DNA from: an uncultured Verrucomicrobiae bacterium
GTDB lineage: Bacteria; Verrucomicrobiota; Verrucomicrobiia; Limisphaerales; UBA11358
Direction: 5' to 3'
Assembly (NCBI GenBank): GCA_963786375.1
Contig: CAWAYP010000008.1
Location: 659-64,658, forward strand
DNA length: 64,000 nucleotides
Positions within the stretch are counted from its first letter, which is position 1; every line of letters starts with the position of its first letter. This document shows, piece after piece, positions 1 through 12,965 of this stretch. The notes below the pieces were generated by a model that searched no databases, was not told the DNA's origin, and saw nothing but the letters and a program-made list of their open reading frames with translations. The position numbers and the translations under genes were made by a program.

Positions 1-1922
1 ACGCCGAGCTGAGCAGCATTACCAATCTATCCGTGCAATTTTCCGCCTACAACGGGAACCATCCTTTGCAGCAAGTTGATTTGTTTGTGGATGGGACGTA
101 TTACTGCACATTGACCAACCCGGTTCCGTGTCCCGGCAATCTATTGACCGTTATCCTGAATGGCTATCCCATCACTTACACAGTCCCCACCAACTCAACC
201 TTAAGCACAATCACAACCGGATTGGCGGCCCTCATCAACACCGACACCAACGCCACACAGGTCAAGGCCTTGAGTCATGGCGACCGTATTGAACTGCAAT
301 CCATCGCCGGCTATTCAACGTTGGCCCCGTTCTATGTCGCGGATAACACTCCCAAAATCCGCCGGGCCTCTCCTACAGCGTCAATTATCTGCCTGATTCA
401 ACCCCGCCGCAGATGCTGCCCGGTCGTCCTGGCACAAGCGGGGCCTTCACGATGGCGGCGGGGCCTTCCAGCGCATTGCCTTATGTAATTTTGGCCTCAA
501 CCAATTAATGGATTGGCTGCCCATCTACACGAACTCGGTGCCGGGGCTACTGAATTTTACCGATTTCGACTCCACGAACTATGCCGCGCGCTTTTATCGC
601 ATGACCTGGCCGGACGCGGATCGCCTACCGAATTGTCCGCGCCACAGTTTGTGGGTTCGGGCACATTCCAGTTGCATGTGGACAGTGTGGCTGGTTTGCC
701 GTGGGCCATCCAAACCTCCCCGGACCTTGTTAATTGGATGTCCATCTTTACCAATCAACTTGGCGGAGCGATGGACTTTGTTGATGGCAACGCGACGAAT
801 GTCGGCGGTGAAGTTTATCGGGTTTGGCATGTGCCGCCGACGCCGCCCGGCTTTACAGTGCTTGATTGACAACTAACCTCACCTTGGCCCGCGTGGACAG
901 TGCCGTGCAGCCTTACGTGGTTGAAGTCTCCACGAACCAAGGCCAATCTACCGTGCTGGCAACCAACTTTAACCTTGCCAATTTTAACCTTGGTGCAATT
1001 CAAACCACTGCCGCCAGTGGATGGAAGTGGAGAAAGTCTCGCAACTTTTCTGCGCGCCAGCCAACCCACCTTGCTGGCCTCGGGAGCGCTCGGTTTCCAG
1101 GAATCTTTGAGGTGCGCAATTCGATTCCCGCCAATTCTTGGATGGAGTTCACTTTTATCAAAACCAACGGCCAGTCTGTGGTCGTGGCCGTCACCAATCG
1201 GTCTTCTGGCAATTCCGTCGCGCTCGCCGCGCAACTGTTCACCTCGATAAACGCGAATTCCGCCTTGCAGGGCAGTGACGGTGTTGAGGCCGAGGATTAT
1301 ATTGTGAGCCAATACGGCACGTTCTTCTTCACCTCCTTTAATCTGTATGCCCGGAGTGCCGGCTACCAGGCTGCTGCAATACAAGCAATCCCCACTGTGT
1401 CGTCCTTCAGAGTTCCCTCGTTCACGTCGGGGGGCAGCACCCTCACCGCGAACCTGTCCGATCTTGAGCCTCGAAACCATCTTTACGTCACAGCCGGCGC
1501 GTCCAGTTTGTCCCTGACTTTCCCCTTGGACACCACAACCCTGCCTGACGGTTATCACACCTTGACGGCGGTCGCCTACGAAGGCAGCAACTGCGGACCG
1601 AAACCCAGGTGACAGTGCCCGTCACGATCCAAAATAGTTCCTTGAGCGCAACGTTGACGCTGCTCGACCTGACCAATCAAGCTCCAGTGCAAGGCACCTA
1701 CCACATCCAGGTTGATGCCAACACCAACACCGTGAGCTTGATCACCTTGTTCAGCAACGGCGGCGCGCTGGGCATGGCCACCAACTCACCCACGGCGGTC
1801 TTCCAGGTGAATGGAGCGGGTTTGGGGCCGGACTGCTCCCTTTCTATGCTCTCGTTCAGACTTCTGACGGACTCGAGTATCGCACGCAAACGCAATGGAT
1901 CCAACTGGGGTCCACGCCGTAG
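1..1922 (+). pseudogene. Frameshifted, window-truncated inverted duplicate of the large secreted protein gene at 15125..18142(-)
   Basis: nt 1-120 read identical to the reverse complement of 16936-17055. ORF pieces 33-488, 513-869, 866-1612 and 1609 onward carry the same peptide (QFSAYNGNHPLQQVDLFVDGTYYC...) in changing frames. The first break is a C4->C3 run difference at 351-353. Confidence 0.85.
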
Positions 1923-2016
1923 CGGGTTGAAACCTGCTTTCCGGGCAACCCGGCGGCGGAAGATTTGCCCGACTTCATCTTCCGCCAGTTTTGCATCGGC
2001 AAATAATGTTGAAGGT

Positions 2017-2321
2017 TCAACTCCACTTCTGGCCCATCCCGTCAATCCCGCTGCGCTTCAAGTCGTCCGGTGTCATCGCGATGCGAAATTCAACATCGGC
2101 CTGAAAGTCAGAAACCAGGGCTCTGCCAATACCGGGATTTTCGAAGTGTCGGGCAAATCCACAATGAGTACGGCCCCTCGCTGGCCGTTTTGCTCGGTGA
2201 AATAAACCGCCTCCGGTTTGATGGTTTCCAGAATTTTGTTCAACTTTGCTCCCACCGAACCGTTTTTGACCGCCGCGTTGAATGGTTGAGGGGGAATTCT
2301 GACATTCATTAACATACGCAT
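2017..2321 (-). pseudogene. Frameshifted copy of the 101-aa conserved hypothetical gene at 14725..15030
   Basis: The first 72 codons of ORF 2073-2321 are identical to the 14725-15030 product. An A4->A3 run difference at 2104-2106 shifts the frame before the C-terminus. Confidence 0.8.
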
Positions 2322-2534
2322 GATGATTCCTTTGGTTGATATTTAAATTAGACTAACTTTCCAAGTCTGACGGTGCAAAATTGAATAGCAAGCTCGAACG
2401 GCGGCGGAAGATTTGGTCATTCCGTTTTAGGTCAATTTGCATGGGGAAATAGTCACGCGAAGGAGACGATTTCGACTTTGTGCCTGGCAGAAAAGGTTTT
2501 CTGAAAAAGCCTTCGTGGCCTGCGCGTGACACTT

Positions 2535-3772
2535 TTACCAAACTTCCACCGGCCCTTTGGGCACGGGAATTTGTTCGCGTTGGTTGACGGCGGGTTCGTC
2601 GCGCATGAAGGACGCGACCATCGGCGGCGGACGGAAGCGCGGCTGCAATTCGCCGTTCTCGTCGAGAAATTGCCGCCGCCAGCGGATGTAGTTTTCCAGA
2701 ACGTCGTGAAATTCCGCGCGCGTGGAAATCTGCACGACGCGTTTGTTGAATTCGTGGCACGGGCCGAACCGCTTGGCATACCACGGCGCGACTTTGCGGA
2801 ACATCCGGCAGCCGAGTTCCTCGCCAAAAACTTCAATCATCAAATCCAGATGCCGGCACATCACGCGCACGCGCTCGGCAAAGGAAGGGTCAGAAGGGAT
2901 ATTCCTGTCTGTGCCGGAAGTTCGTTCAACGCGGTAGCGTCTTGGAGTGCGGCAGTCCTCTGGCACTTTTCGTGTGCGAACCGTCCATTTAAAATCGGCA
3001 GAGGACTGCCGCACTCCAAAATCTGACGGTTGTTCCGCCATTCAGATATTGCAGCGTGCGCTGGAAAATCCACGGATTATAAAATGCGCCGCGCCCGATG
3101 CTCACGCCGGCGCAGCCGGTTTCATCGAGCATTTTCTTCGCGGCCTGCGGCGTGATGATGTCGCCGTTGCCGATGACGGGAATGTGCTTCACGGCTTCGA
3201 CGACTTTGCGGATGCCGGCGAGGTTCACCGTGCCGCCGAAACCCTGTTCGCGCGTCCGGCCATGGACAAAAATGGCCGCGACGCCGGCATCTTCGAGCGC
3301 GCGCGCCAAATCCGGCGCGGTGAGATTTTCGTCGTCCCAGCCGAGCCGCATTTTGGCCGTCACGGGAATTTTCACGGCGTTGACCATGCCGCGGACGAGC
3401 GCGGCGGTTTTGTCGAGTTCGGTCATCATGGCCGAGCCGCCGCCGACGTTGCAGACTTTGCGGACGGGACAGCCCATGTTGATGTCAATGGAATCGACGC
3501 CGCAGTGCTTCGAGCATGAGCGCGGCGTCGCGCATTTCCTCCGGGCACGGAGCCGAAGAGTTGGACGGCCAGCGGCGAATCGGCCGGCCGGGTTTCAATG
3601 AGCTTGAACGCCTTGGGATTTTTTTCCAGCAGCGAGCGGGCGTTGACCAGATCGGTGGTGCAAAGGCCGACGCCGCCGATTTCGCGCACGACCAGGCGGA
3701 AGGGCAGGTTGGTGTAACCCGCCAGCGGCGAGAGAAACAGATTGGATTCGATGTCAGCGAACCGAGGCGCAT
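2535..3772 (-). pseudogene. dusB: tRNA-dihydrouridine synthase, frameshifted duplicate of 13274..14509
   Basis: ORF pieces 3485-3772, 3426-3689, 2989-3477 and 2535-3041 together tile the DusB peptide (MGCPVRKVCNVGGGSAMMTEL..., ...PVPKGPVEVW) in different frames. Confidence 0.85.
2942..3022. repeat. Family C long hairpin repeat (GGAGTGCGGCAGTCCTCTG...CAGAGGACTGCCGCACTCC) inside the left dusB copy
   Basis: Self-complementary arms are read directly. It is homologous to 14025-14105, 53930-54008 and 43801-43858. Confidence 0.8.
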
Positions 3773-3870
3773 GGTTTGATTATAGCAGATTGATTGACAT
3801 TGGCGAGAAAAGCGAATTCGCGCATTGCGGAAGCGAGAACGGCATGTTAGCTTGGCATGCCAAAGTAAAA

Positions 3871-5930
<2,060 letters not shown>

Positions 5931-5939
5931 GATTTTAAG

Positions 5940-6662
5940 TTACTGCGAACCTTCCGGTTCCAGCACCACCCGGAACCCGTAGTCGTTTTTGGTTTTGTCA
6001 GGAGCTGAATACTCACGAAAGGCAATCCGTGCATTGATGTCAATGTACGTGTCCCAGGCGCCGCCGCGCAAAACATGATAGGGTTTGTCCTGCGGATCAA
6101 GGCACCATTCCATGACGTTGCCGCGCGTGTCATAAAGGCCGAGATGGTTCGCCCCCAAACTTCCCACCGGCTCGGTGGAGGAACGGCGTTGCAAATTCAA
6201 GCTCGTCACCGCATCGCTCAGGGAAGCATCGTCCACGAGCTGTTCCCATTGGGCCTGCGTTGGCAAGGTATAGATGTAACCTTTCGGCAATTCTTCAGCC
6301 TTTTGTTCCTTCTCGGTCAGCATTTTGCAGAACGACGTGGCGTCGTTCCAGTTCACGGAGTCCACCGGATGATCTTCGCCTTGAAACGCACTGGGGTTGC
6401 CCGCCATTACTTTTTGATAGGACTTTTGCGTCACTTCATACATGCCGGCCCACAAGGTCGGTGAAATTTTCACCAGCACGATGCCGACGGTGTTGGTCAC
6501 CTGGTCGTTTTGGGCCATCAATTCCTTGAGTGTGGGCGGCGCGTTGGTGTCGCTGTCGGAGGTCGTCGTGTCCTGTGTGTCTTCCTGCGCGTGGCATAAG
6601 GCTGGCAGGGAAGACAGCAAAGCCATGGTCAAAAGTGCGATAATTCTCCGGTTTATTTTCAT
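5940..6662 (-). CDS. Secreted formylglycine-generating-enzyme (FGE/SUMF1)-type sulfatase-modifying-domain protein
   Basis: Intact ORF with signal peptide MKINRRIIALLTMALLSSLPALCHA and FGE-type motifs (HPVDSVNWNDATSFC, GNVMEWCLD, RVLRGGAW, YGFRVV). The ATG at 6662 is preferred over the ORF-track start at 6710. Confidence 0.75.
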   Translation of the reverse strand: MKINRRIIALLTMALLSSLPALCHAQEDTQDTTTSDSDTNAPPTLKELMAQNDQVTNTVGIVLVKISPTLWAGMYEVTQKSYQKVMAGNPSAFQGEDHPVDSVNWNDATSFCKMLTEKEQKAEELPKGYIYTLPTQAQWEQLVDDASLSDAVTSLNLQRRSSTEPVGSLGANHLGLYDTRGNVMEWCLDPQDKPYHVLRGGAWDTYIDINARIAFREYSAPDKTKNDYGFRVVLEPEGSQ

Positions 6663-6716
6663 AACGCAAACAAGCTTGTGGTTGGCAATCAAGGTCACAT
6701 AGCAAGCCACGTGCCG

Positions 6717-7241
6717 TTACGGGGAGTTTTCAGGGGGCTTCAAGTCCTCCGCCAAAAAACGGGCCACGTCCTTGAACCAGGCGGCGTTATCGGGATTCAC
6801 GGCCATAAGCGACTGATGGGCTTCCAGACAGGTGCGTGTGATTTCTCCGCGGGTCGGATTCGTGGAATTCGGTGTTTGCGTTTGGACATCATCAGGCAAC
6901 TGCAACGTCCCGCTGATTACTTTGAAAAGATGCAACACCCCCAGATTTTCAAGCAGGTCCGTGATGCGCGGGCTGGGATTCAGCAATTCAATCTCGCGTT
7001 TGTCCGGCGCGGTGGACTGATTCAGCTTCAATCCGAACCCGGCCAGGATGCCGAGAAACGTGCTGTCCATGAGCGCGCATTCGGACAGGTCAATGATGAG
7101 ATGGCCGTAACCCTTCTGTGCCAGTTCGGTCAGCAGCATTTTGAAATCGGGGCCGTACGTGAAATTGGCACGGCCCATGATTTTCACGCAGGCGAAACGC
7201 TCGCATGCCATTACCAGTATTTTTGCCGCCGAAGTTGCCAT
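6717..7241 (-). CDS. STAS-domain protein (anti-sigma-factor antagonist-like)
   Basis: Intact 174-aa ORF. The segment GHLIIDLSECALMDSTFLGILAGF followed by NPSPRITDLLENLGVLHLF is typical of SpoIIAA/STAS folds. Confidence 0.6.
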   Translation of the reverse strand: MATSAAKILVMACERFACVKIMGRANFTYGPDFKMLLTELAQKGYGHLIIDLSECALMDSTFLGILAGFGLKLNQSTAPDKREIELLNPSPRITDLLENLGVLHLFKVISGTLQLPDDVQTQTPNSTNPTRGEITRTCLEAHQSLMAVNPDNAAWFKDVARFLAEDLKPPENSP

Positions 7242-7258
7242 ATTTTAAATTCTTCCTT

Positions 7259-8403
7259 TTACGCGGCGGCGGCCTGCGGCGTGACGATTTGCACCAGGGT
7301 TTGCTGCAGGACCAACGTCTCGTCGAGGCCGCTGGACACCAGCCGCTGGTTGCAGCGCAGCAACAAATCCATCGCCCGGATCAATTCGGCCTCGGTATAA
7401 CGTTTCACCTGCGGCAGCGCTTTGAAAAGCACATACGGATTCAGTGCCAGCGGATTGAAACGGCGGTCGCCGGGCAGCTGGTCCGCCGGGACGCGCTCGA
7501 AGTTGCCCCTTGAAACGGTTGTAATCCGTCTCCGGCTTGATCCAGCCTTCGCGCAGCATTTCCTTCAACAACAGCATCGCGCGGACTTTGGCGATCAAAC
7601 CATAGAGCAGGCCGATTTCGGATTTCTTGCGAATCGAACTTTACCTCCCACAATTCCTCGTCCAGCCGCCGCAGCAAACGGGGCAAATCGCGGTCGCCCA
7701 GGGCGTCGCCGAGCGCAAAGGCCCGCGCCGTCTTGTTCCGGACGCAAACCGCATTGACGTCACCGGCCTCGATTTCTTTCGGTCGCCCGCGAACAAAGGC
7801 GAGTTTCTCAATTTCATTGTCGAGCTGGCGCGCGATTGGGTCCCACGCGGCTGACCAGTTCCGCCAGGGCTTCCTCGGAAATTTCCTTCTTGCGCTCGCG
7901 CACGGCTGTTCGCGCCGCAACTTCCGCGCGCTCCGCCCAGTCGCGGTCGTCGACCGACCAGCCGGCAAGGCTTTCGACCGAACCGATTTTGTCGAGCGTC
8001 TTGAAAAACGTTTTGCGTTTGTCCACCTTGCCCGCGCTGATCAAAAGCCGGATGCCGCTGTTGCCGACCACGCGAACGCCTTCAATTCCTCCGCCAGACT
8101 CGGCCAGCGATTCGGTGACCGCCTGGGCGGACGCCACCCGCTCCTCGCCGAGAAAATTGCAATCGCGCAGCCAGATGACCTTGCCCGTGCCGAAAAACGG
8201 CAGGGTTTGCAATGCTTCGCGCAAGACGGGCAATGGCGGCGAGGGCTTCGCCACTGTTGGAAACGGTGGCCTCGATGATTTCGTGATCCATGCCCCCGAT
8301 TTCCTCGCACCATTGCTGGTAGAGTTGTCTGGGCGCGCTGCTTGATGGCGAACTCGTCGTCACCACAAATGAGAGCCAGTGATGGGGTTTCGGCGGCGGG
8401 CAT
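7259..8403 (-). pseudogene. holA: DNA polymerase III delta subunit, frameshifted
   Basis: HolA-like peptide pieces (LALICGDDEFAIKQRA, LREALQTLPFFGTGKVIWLRDCNFL, KVDKRKTFFKTLDKIG, ARAFALGDALGDRDLPRLLRRLDEEL, IAKVRAMLLLKEMLREGW, ..LQQTLVQIV) lie in ORFs 8041-8403, 8082-8366, 7814-8254, 7441-7968 and 7245-7598, in shifting frames. Confidence 0.7.
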
Positions 8404-8404
8404 T

Positions 8405-8488
8405 TTATTCAGCCTCGCTGCCGGTTTCGTTGATCCGGTTCAGCACTTCGCTCATGTCCTCGACCTGCTCAAAGAGGGAGGCGGCCAC
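8405..8488 (-). pseudogene. 3'-terminal remnant (about 27 codons) of a bifunctional-nuclease (BFN/DUF151)-like gene, cut at the palindrome centre
   Basis: The reverse complement reads VAASLFEQVEDMSEVLNRINETGSEAE*. This parallels the tail of the right-arm copy (NALFEQVEDMSEILERINENGGETE*). Confidence 0.5.
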
Positions 8489-8489
8489 A

Positions 8490-8646
8490 AAAATCGTCGA
8501 GATTGACGCGCGCCCCAGCGATTGCCTGGCCCTGGCCACCGCGCAGAAAACGCCCCATTTACGTCACCAACGCGCTCTTCGAACAAGTCGAGGACATGAG
8601 CGAAATCCTCGAGCGAATCAATGAAAACGGCGGCGAGACCGAATAG
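8490..8646 (+). pseudogene. 5'-truncated, frameshifted bifunctional-nuclease (BFN/DUF151)-like gene fragment
   Basis: It reads KIVEIDARPSDCLALA, then after a frame change PIYVTNALFEQVEDMSEILERINENGGETE*. DaRPSDaiALA..aPIyV is the C-terminal signature I associate with BFN domains. Confidence 0.5.
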
Positions 8647-8649
8647 GAA

Positions 8650-9794
8650 ATGGCCCCATCTGCCGCAAGCAGTCTGCCCCGTGGTGCTGGTCTGCGGTGA
8701 GGATGAGTTTGCCGTCAAGCAGCGAGCCAAAGAGATTATACCGCAGTGGACGCGAGGAACTGGGCGGCATGGACCACGAAATCATCGATGCCGGCGTCTC
8801 CAACAGCGGCGAAGCCCTCAAGACCTGCGCCGACTGCGCGAGGCGCTCCAGACCCTGCCCTTCTTCGGCACCGCCAAGGCCATCTGGCTCCAGAACTGCA
8901 ATTTCCTCGGAGACGAACGAGTCGCCCTGGCGCCAGGATGTCACCGAATCCCTCGCCTACCTGGCGCAGGAACTCAAGGAGTTCTCCTGGCAAAACGTCC
9001 GCCTGCTCATCAGCGCCGGAAGGTGGACAAGCGCAAGGTTTTCTACAAAACGCTCGACAAGCTCGGCACCGTCGAGAATCTTCGCCGCGATGGTCCGTGG
9101 ATGACCGGGATTGGGCGAACCAGGCGGAAGCCTGGGCGCGCAAGGCGTTGCGCGCCCGCCAAAAGGAGATTTCCGACGAGGCCCTGGCCGAACTGGTCAA
9201 CCGGGTCGGCCCGAACGCCCGCCAACTGGACAACGAAGTCGAGAAGCTCGCGCCTCTACGTCGGCGACCGGCCAGGAAATCGAAATGGCGGACGTGGCGG
9301 CCGTTTGCACCCGGAACAAGACGGCGCGGGCCTTTGCCCTGGGCGATGCCCTGGGAGACCGGGACCTGCCGCGTCTGCTGCGGTGCCTGGACGAGGAGTT
9401 GTGGGAGGTAAAGCTCGATCCGCAGAAATCGGAAATCGGCCTGCTCTACGGCCTGATTGCCAAAGTGCGCGCGATGATCCTGCTGAAGGAGATGCTGCGC
9501 GAAGGCTGGATCAAGCCGAGAGGCGGATTACAACCGTTTCAAGGCCCAACTGGAGCGCGTCCCGGCGGAGCAGTTGCCCGCAAGACCGCCGTTTCAACCC
9601 GCTGGCGCTCAATCCTTATGTGCTTTTCAAAGCCCTGCCGCAAGTCAAGCGATACAGCGCAGGCCGAATTGATTCGGCGCGATGGAACTCCTGCTGCAGT
9701 GCAACCAGCGCCTGGTGTCCAGCGGCCTGGACGAATCGCTGGTGTTGCAGCAAGCACTGGTGCAGATTGTGGCGCCGCGGCGGCCGCCGCGTAA
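8650..9794 (+). pseudogene. holA: DNA polymerase III delta subunit, frameshifted (right-arm copy)
   Basis: HolA pieces (VVLVCGEDEFAVKQRAKEI, LREALQTLPFFGTAKAIWLQNCNFLGDERVA, KVDKRKVFYKTLDKLGTVENL, ISDEALAELVNRVGPNARQLDNEVEKLA, ARAFALGDALGDRDLPRLLRCLDEELWEV, MELLLQCNQRLVSSGLDESL) alternate among the frames of ORFs 8621-9799, 8697-9104, 8746-9411, 9111-9794 and 9682-9918. Confidence 0.7.
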
Positions 9795-9808
9795 GTTGAA
9801 AAGCAACC

Positions 9809-10332
9809 ATGGCGCGTCCCCGGCCAAAATCTCGGTCTGGCGGCGGGCACTTCGCCTGCGTCAGAATCACCGGCCGGGCCAATTTCACGTCCGGCCCCGA
9901 TTTCAAGACCCTCCTTGACGAACTGGCGCAAAGGGGCTACGGGCATCTCGTCCTCGACCTCTCCGAATGCACGCTCATGGACAGCACGTTTCTGGGCGTC
10001 CTGGCCGGATTCGGATTGAAGCTGAATCCAGTCCGCCGCGCCGGACAAACGCGAGATTGAATTGCTGAATCCCAGCCCGCGCATCACGGACCTGCTTGAA
10101 AATCTGGGGGTGTTGCATCTTTTCAAAGTAATCAGCGGGACGTTGCAGTTGCCTGATGATGTCCAAACGCAAACACCGAATTCCACGAATCCGACCCGCG
10201 GAGAAATCACGCGCACCTGTCTGGAAGCCCATCAGTCGCTTATGGCCGATGAATCCCGATAACGTCGCCTGGTTCAAGGACGTGGCCCGATTTTTCGCGG
10301 AGGACTTGAAGCCCCCTGAAAACTCCCCGTAA
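9809..10332 (+). pseudogene. STAS-domain protein, frameshifted duplicate of 6717..7241
   Basis: ORFs 9809-10060 and 10062-10262 plus a third frame reproduce the STAS peptide. One break is an extra C (aatccag versus aatcag) near 10026. The 3' half is identical in peptide to the left copy. Confidence 0.8.
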
Positions 10333-10388
10333 CGGCACGTGGCTTGCTATGTGACCTTGAATTGCCAACCACAGGCTTTGTTTGCGTT

Positions 10389-11115
10389 ATGAAAATAAAC
10401 CGGAAAGTTTCGCGTTTTTGGCCATGGCTGTGATGTTGTCCCTGCCGGCCTTTTGGCTCGCGCGCAGGAAGACACACAGGACACGACGACCTCCGACAGC
10501 GACACCAACGCGCCGCCCACACTCAAGGAATTGATGGCCCAAAACGACCAGGTGACCAACACCGTCGGCATCGTGCTGGTGAAAATCTCACCCGGACTTT
10601 GGGCCGGAAAATTTGAAGTGACGCAGGACGCCTATCAAAAGTTGATGCACTCCAATCCCAGCGCATTTCGCGGCGATGACAGGCCGGTGGATTCGGTGAG
10701 CTGGAACGACGCGATGGCGTTTTGCGGGAATGCTGACCAAAAGGAAAAAAAGGCTGAAGAATTGCCCGACGGTTATGTCTATTCGCTCCCGACGCAGGAT
10801 CAATGGTTCATGCTCATGGACGATGCTACCCTCGACCATGCCGTGATGAGCCTGAACCTCCAGCGCCACGTTCCTCAACCGAGCCGGTCGGCAGTCTGGG
10901 GGCGAACCAGCCTCGGCCTTTATGACACGCGCGGCAATGTCATGGAATGGTGCCTTGATCCGCAGGACAAACCTTATCGCGTTTTGCGCGGCGGCGCATG
11001 GGACACGTTCATTGACATCAATGCCCGGATTGAATTTCGTGATTACTCGCTCCGGACAAAACCAAAAACGACTACGGGTTCCGGGTGGTGCTGGAACCGG
11101 CAAGGTTCGCAGTAA
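10389..11115 (+). pseudogene. FGE/SUMF1-type domain protein, frameshifted and diverged duplicate of 5940..6662
   Basis: ATG at 10389 (MKINRK..) hits a stop after 14 codons. ORF 10453-11115 resumes with AQEDTQDTTTSDSDTNAPPTLKELMAQNDQVTNTVGIVLVKISP, identical to the left copy. The core is diverged and the C-terminus is out of frame (..KPKTTTGSGWCWNRQGSQ). Confidence 0.8.
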
Positions 11116-11312
11116 CTTAAAATCTCAAACCGGCGCGGGCGCCGGAGTGCCAAGACCGGGCAATTTCGGCGGCACGGGTTTGGGCGGTGTTTCAGGCAGG
11201 GGCGTGCCTGCCGGCGCGCCCATGATATTCCACTTTCGGCTTGGGCGGCGGCGGCGTGAATTTGCCGGTTTTGACAATTTCCTCGACTTGCGCCCGATCA
11301 AGCGTTTCGTGT

Positions 11313-12965
11313 TCAAGCAGCGCGCTGGCAATCAATTCCAGCTTGTCGCGGTTGGTCAAAATAATATTCTTGCGCCCGCTTGTAGCCATCATCAATGAGG
11401 CGCTTGATCTCCTCGTCAATTTCCCGCGCCGTGCTTTCGCTGTAAACCTTCGTGCGCGCCATTTCACGGCCGAGGAAAACAAACTCATCGTCACTGCCGT
11501 ATTGCACCATGCCGACCTTGTCACTCATGCCATACTGGCAAACCATTGCGCGCGCCAGATTCGTCGCCTGTTGGATGTCCATGGCCGCGCCCGTTGAAAT
11601 ATCGCCCGAAACAATTTCCTCGGCGATGCGCCCGGCCATGGTCACGGCGAGGTCGTCAAACATTTCCTTGCGCCGCCGGTTCAAAATATCCTTTTCCGGC
11701 AACTGCATGGTTGAGCCCAGCGACTGCCCGCGCGGAATGATCGTGACCTTGTGCAGGGGATGCGTGTGTTCCAGCAACACGTTCACCAGCGCGTGGCCGG
11801 CTTCGTGCCAGGCGGTGCATTTTTTCTCCTCGTCGGTCATCGCGAGGCTGCGGCGCTCGCGGCCCCAGCGGACCTTGTCGCGCGCCTCCTCCAGTTCTTC
11901 CATGCCGACGGATTTTTTATTAGTCCGCGCGGCGAGCAGGGCGGCTTCATTCAACAAATTCGCCAGCTCCGCGCCGGAATAACCCGGCGTGCCGCGCGCG
12001 ATGATGGACAAGTCCGCCTCCGGCGCGAGTTTTACGTTCTTGGCGTGGACTTTCAAAATTGCCTCGCGCCCGCGCACGTCCGGCAGATTGACCACCACCT
12101 GCCGGTCGAAACGGCCCGGACGCAACAGGGCCGGGTCGAGCACGTCCGGCCGGTTGGTCGCGGCGATGATGATGATGCCTTCCTGCGTGTCAAAGCCGTC
12201 CATCTCGACGAGCAACGCATTGAGGGTTTGTTCGCGCTCGTCATTGCCGCCGCCGAGGCCGTGCCCGCGCGAACGGCCGACCGCGTCAATTTCGTCAATA
12301 AAAACCAGGCACGGCGTGTTGCGGCGCGCCTGTTCGAACATATCGCGCACGCGGCTGGCGCCGACGCCCACGAACATTTCCACGAAATCCGAACCGCTGA
12401 TGCTGAAAAACGCCGCGTCCGCCTCGCCGGCGATGGCCTTGGCCAGCAGTGTTTTGCCCGTGCCGGGCGCGCCCACCATCAGGACGCCCTTCGGAATTCG
12501 TCCGCCTAGCTTTTGAAATTTCTTCGGGTCCTTCAAAAACTCCACCAGCTCGGAAACCTCTTCGATGGCTTCCTCGACTCCGGCCACCTCTTTAAACGTT
12601 GTTTTGTTCCGGTCCTTCGCCAGCATCCGGGCCTTGCTTTTGCCAAAACTCAGCGCGCCCTTCCCGGCGATTTTGATCTGCCGGATGAAGAAAAACCAAA
12701 ACAAAAGGGCGATCAACACAAACGGCGCGACACTCCAAAGCACACTCATCAACATCGTGTTGGGCTGGCTCGCGCTGATCTTGTCCGAGGCGAACAATTG
12801 GTCCTCCTTGTCCTGGCTGAGATAGGCGTTTTTGACCACAAACGGCACCTCCACCGGCTGGCCGTTTTGTTTGACAATATTTCCATCCTTGTCGGTCTGG
12901 TAATATGAACCGTTGATCTCCGTCAGGGGAGCCGTCTGCGGATTAAAACTGACCGTCGCCTGCAC
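11313..12965 (-). CDS. ftsH: ATP-dependent zinc metalloprotease FtsH (core ORF; the full locus 11125..13173 needs three +/-1 frame corrections)
   Basis: Motifs present: Walker [14 protein letters not shown], Walker [16 protein letters not shown], zinc site [11 protein letters not shown]2 [12 protein letters not shown]1 lies in ORF 12943-13173. The conserved C-terminal helix ([23 protein letters not shown]) and Pro-rich tail lie in ORFs 11192-11524 and 11125-11331. Confidence 0.85.
   Translation of the reverse strand: MQATVSFNPQTAPLTEINGSYYQTDKDGNIVKQNGQPVEVPFVVKNAYLSQDKEDQLFASDKISASQPNTMLMSVLWSVAPFVLIALLFWFFFIRQIKIAGKGALSFGKSKARMLAKDRNKTTFKEVAGVEEAIEEVSELVEFLKDPKKFQKLGGRIPKGVLMVGAPGTGKTLLAKAIAGEADAAFFSISGSDFVEMFVGVGASRVRDMFEQARRNTPCLVFIDEIDAVGRSRGHGLGGGNDEREQTLNALLVEMDGFDTQEGIIIIAATNRPDVLDPALLRPGRFDRQVVVNLPDVRGREAILKVHAKNVKLAPEADLSIIARGTPGYSGAELANLLNEAALLAARTNKKSVGMEELEEARDKVRWGRERRSLAMTDEEKKCTAWHEAGHALVNVLLEHTHPLHKVTIIPRGQSLGSTMQLPEKDILNRRRKEMFDDLAVTMAGRIAEEIVSGDISTGAAMDIQQATNLARAMVCQYGMSDKVGMVQYGSDDEFVFLGREMARTKVYSESTAREIDEEIKRLIDDGYKRAQEYYFDQPRQAGIDCQRAA

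Noticed and set aside
5940-6662. Possible diversity-generating retroelement: an FGE/C-type-lectin-like target with a variable region and a second template-like copy at 10389-11115.
   Set aside because: Base-level comparison of 6401-6500 (reverse complement) with 10553-10650 shows substitutions of all types, not changes confined to adenine positions of one copy. No reverse transcriptase ORF is present in the window, and the repeat is part of a much larger duplication.
8621-9799. A 392-aa ORF that looks like an intact gene in the right arm.
   Set aside because: Only short stretches of it carry HolA-like sequence; the rest is out-of-frame read-through (RGTGRHGPRNHRCRRLQQRR...). The real holA peptide alternates among at least three frames here.
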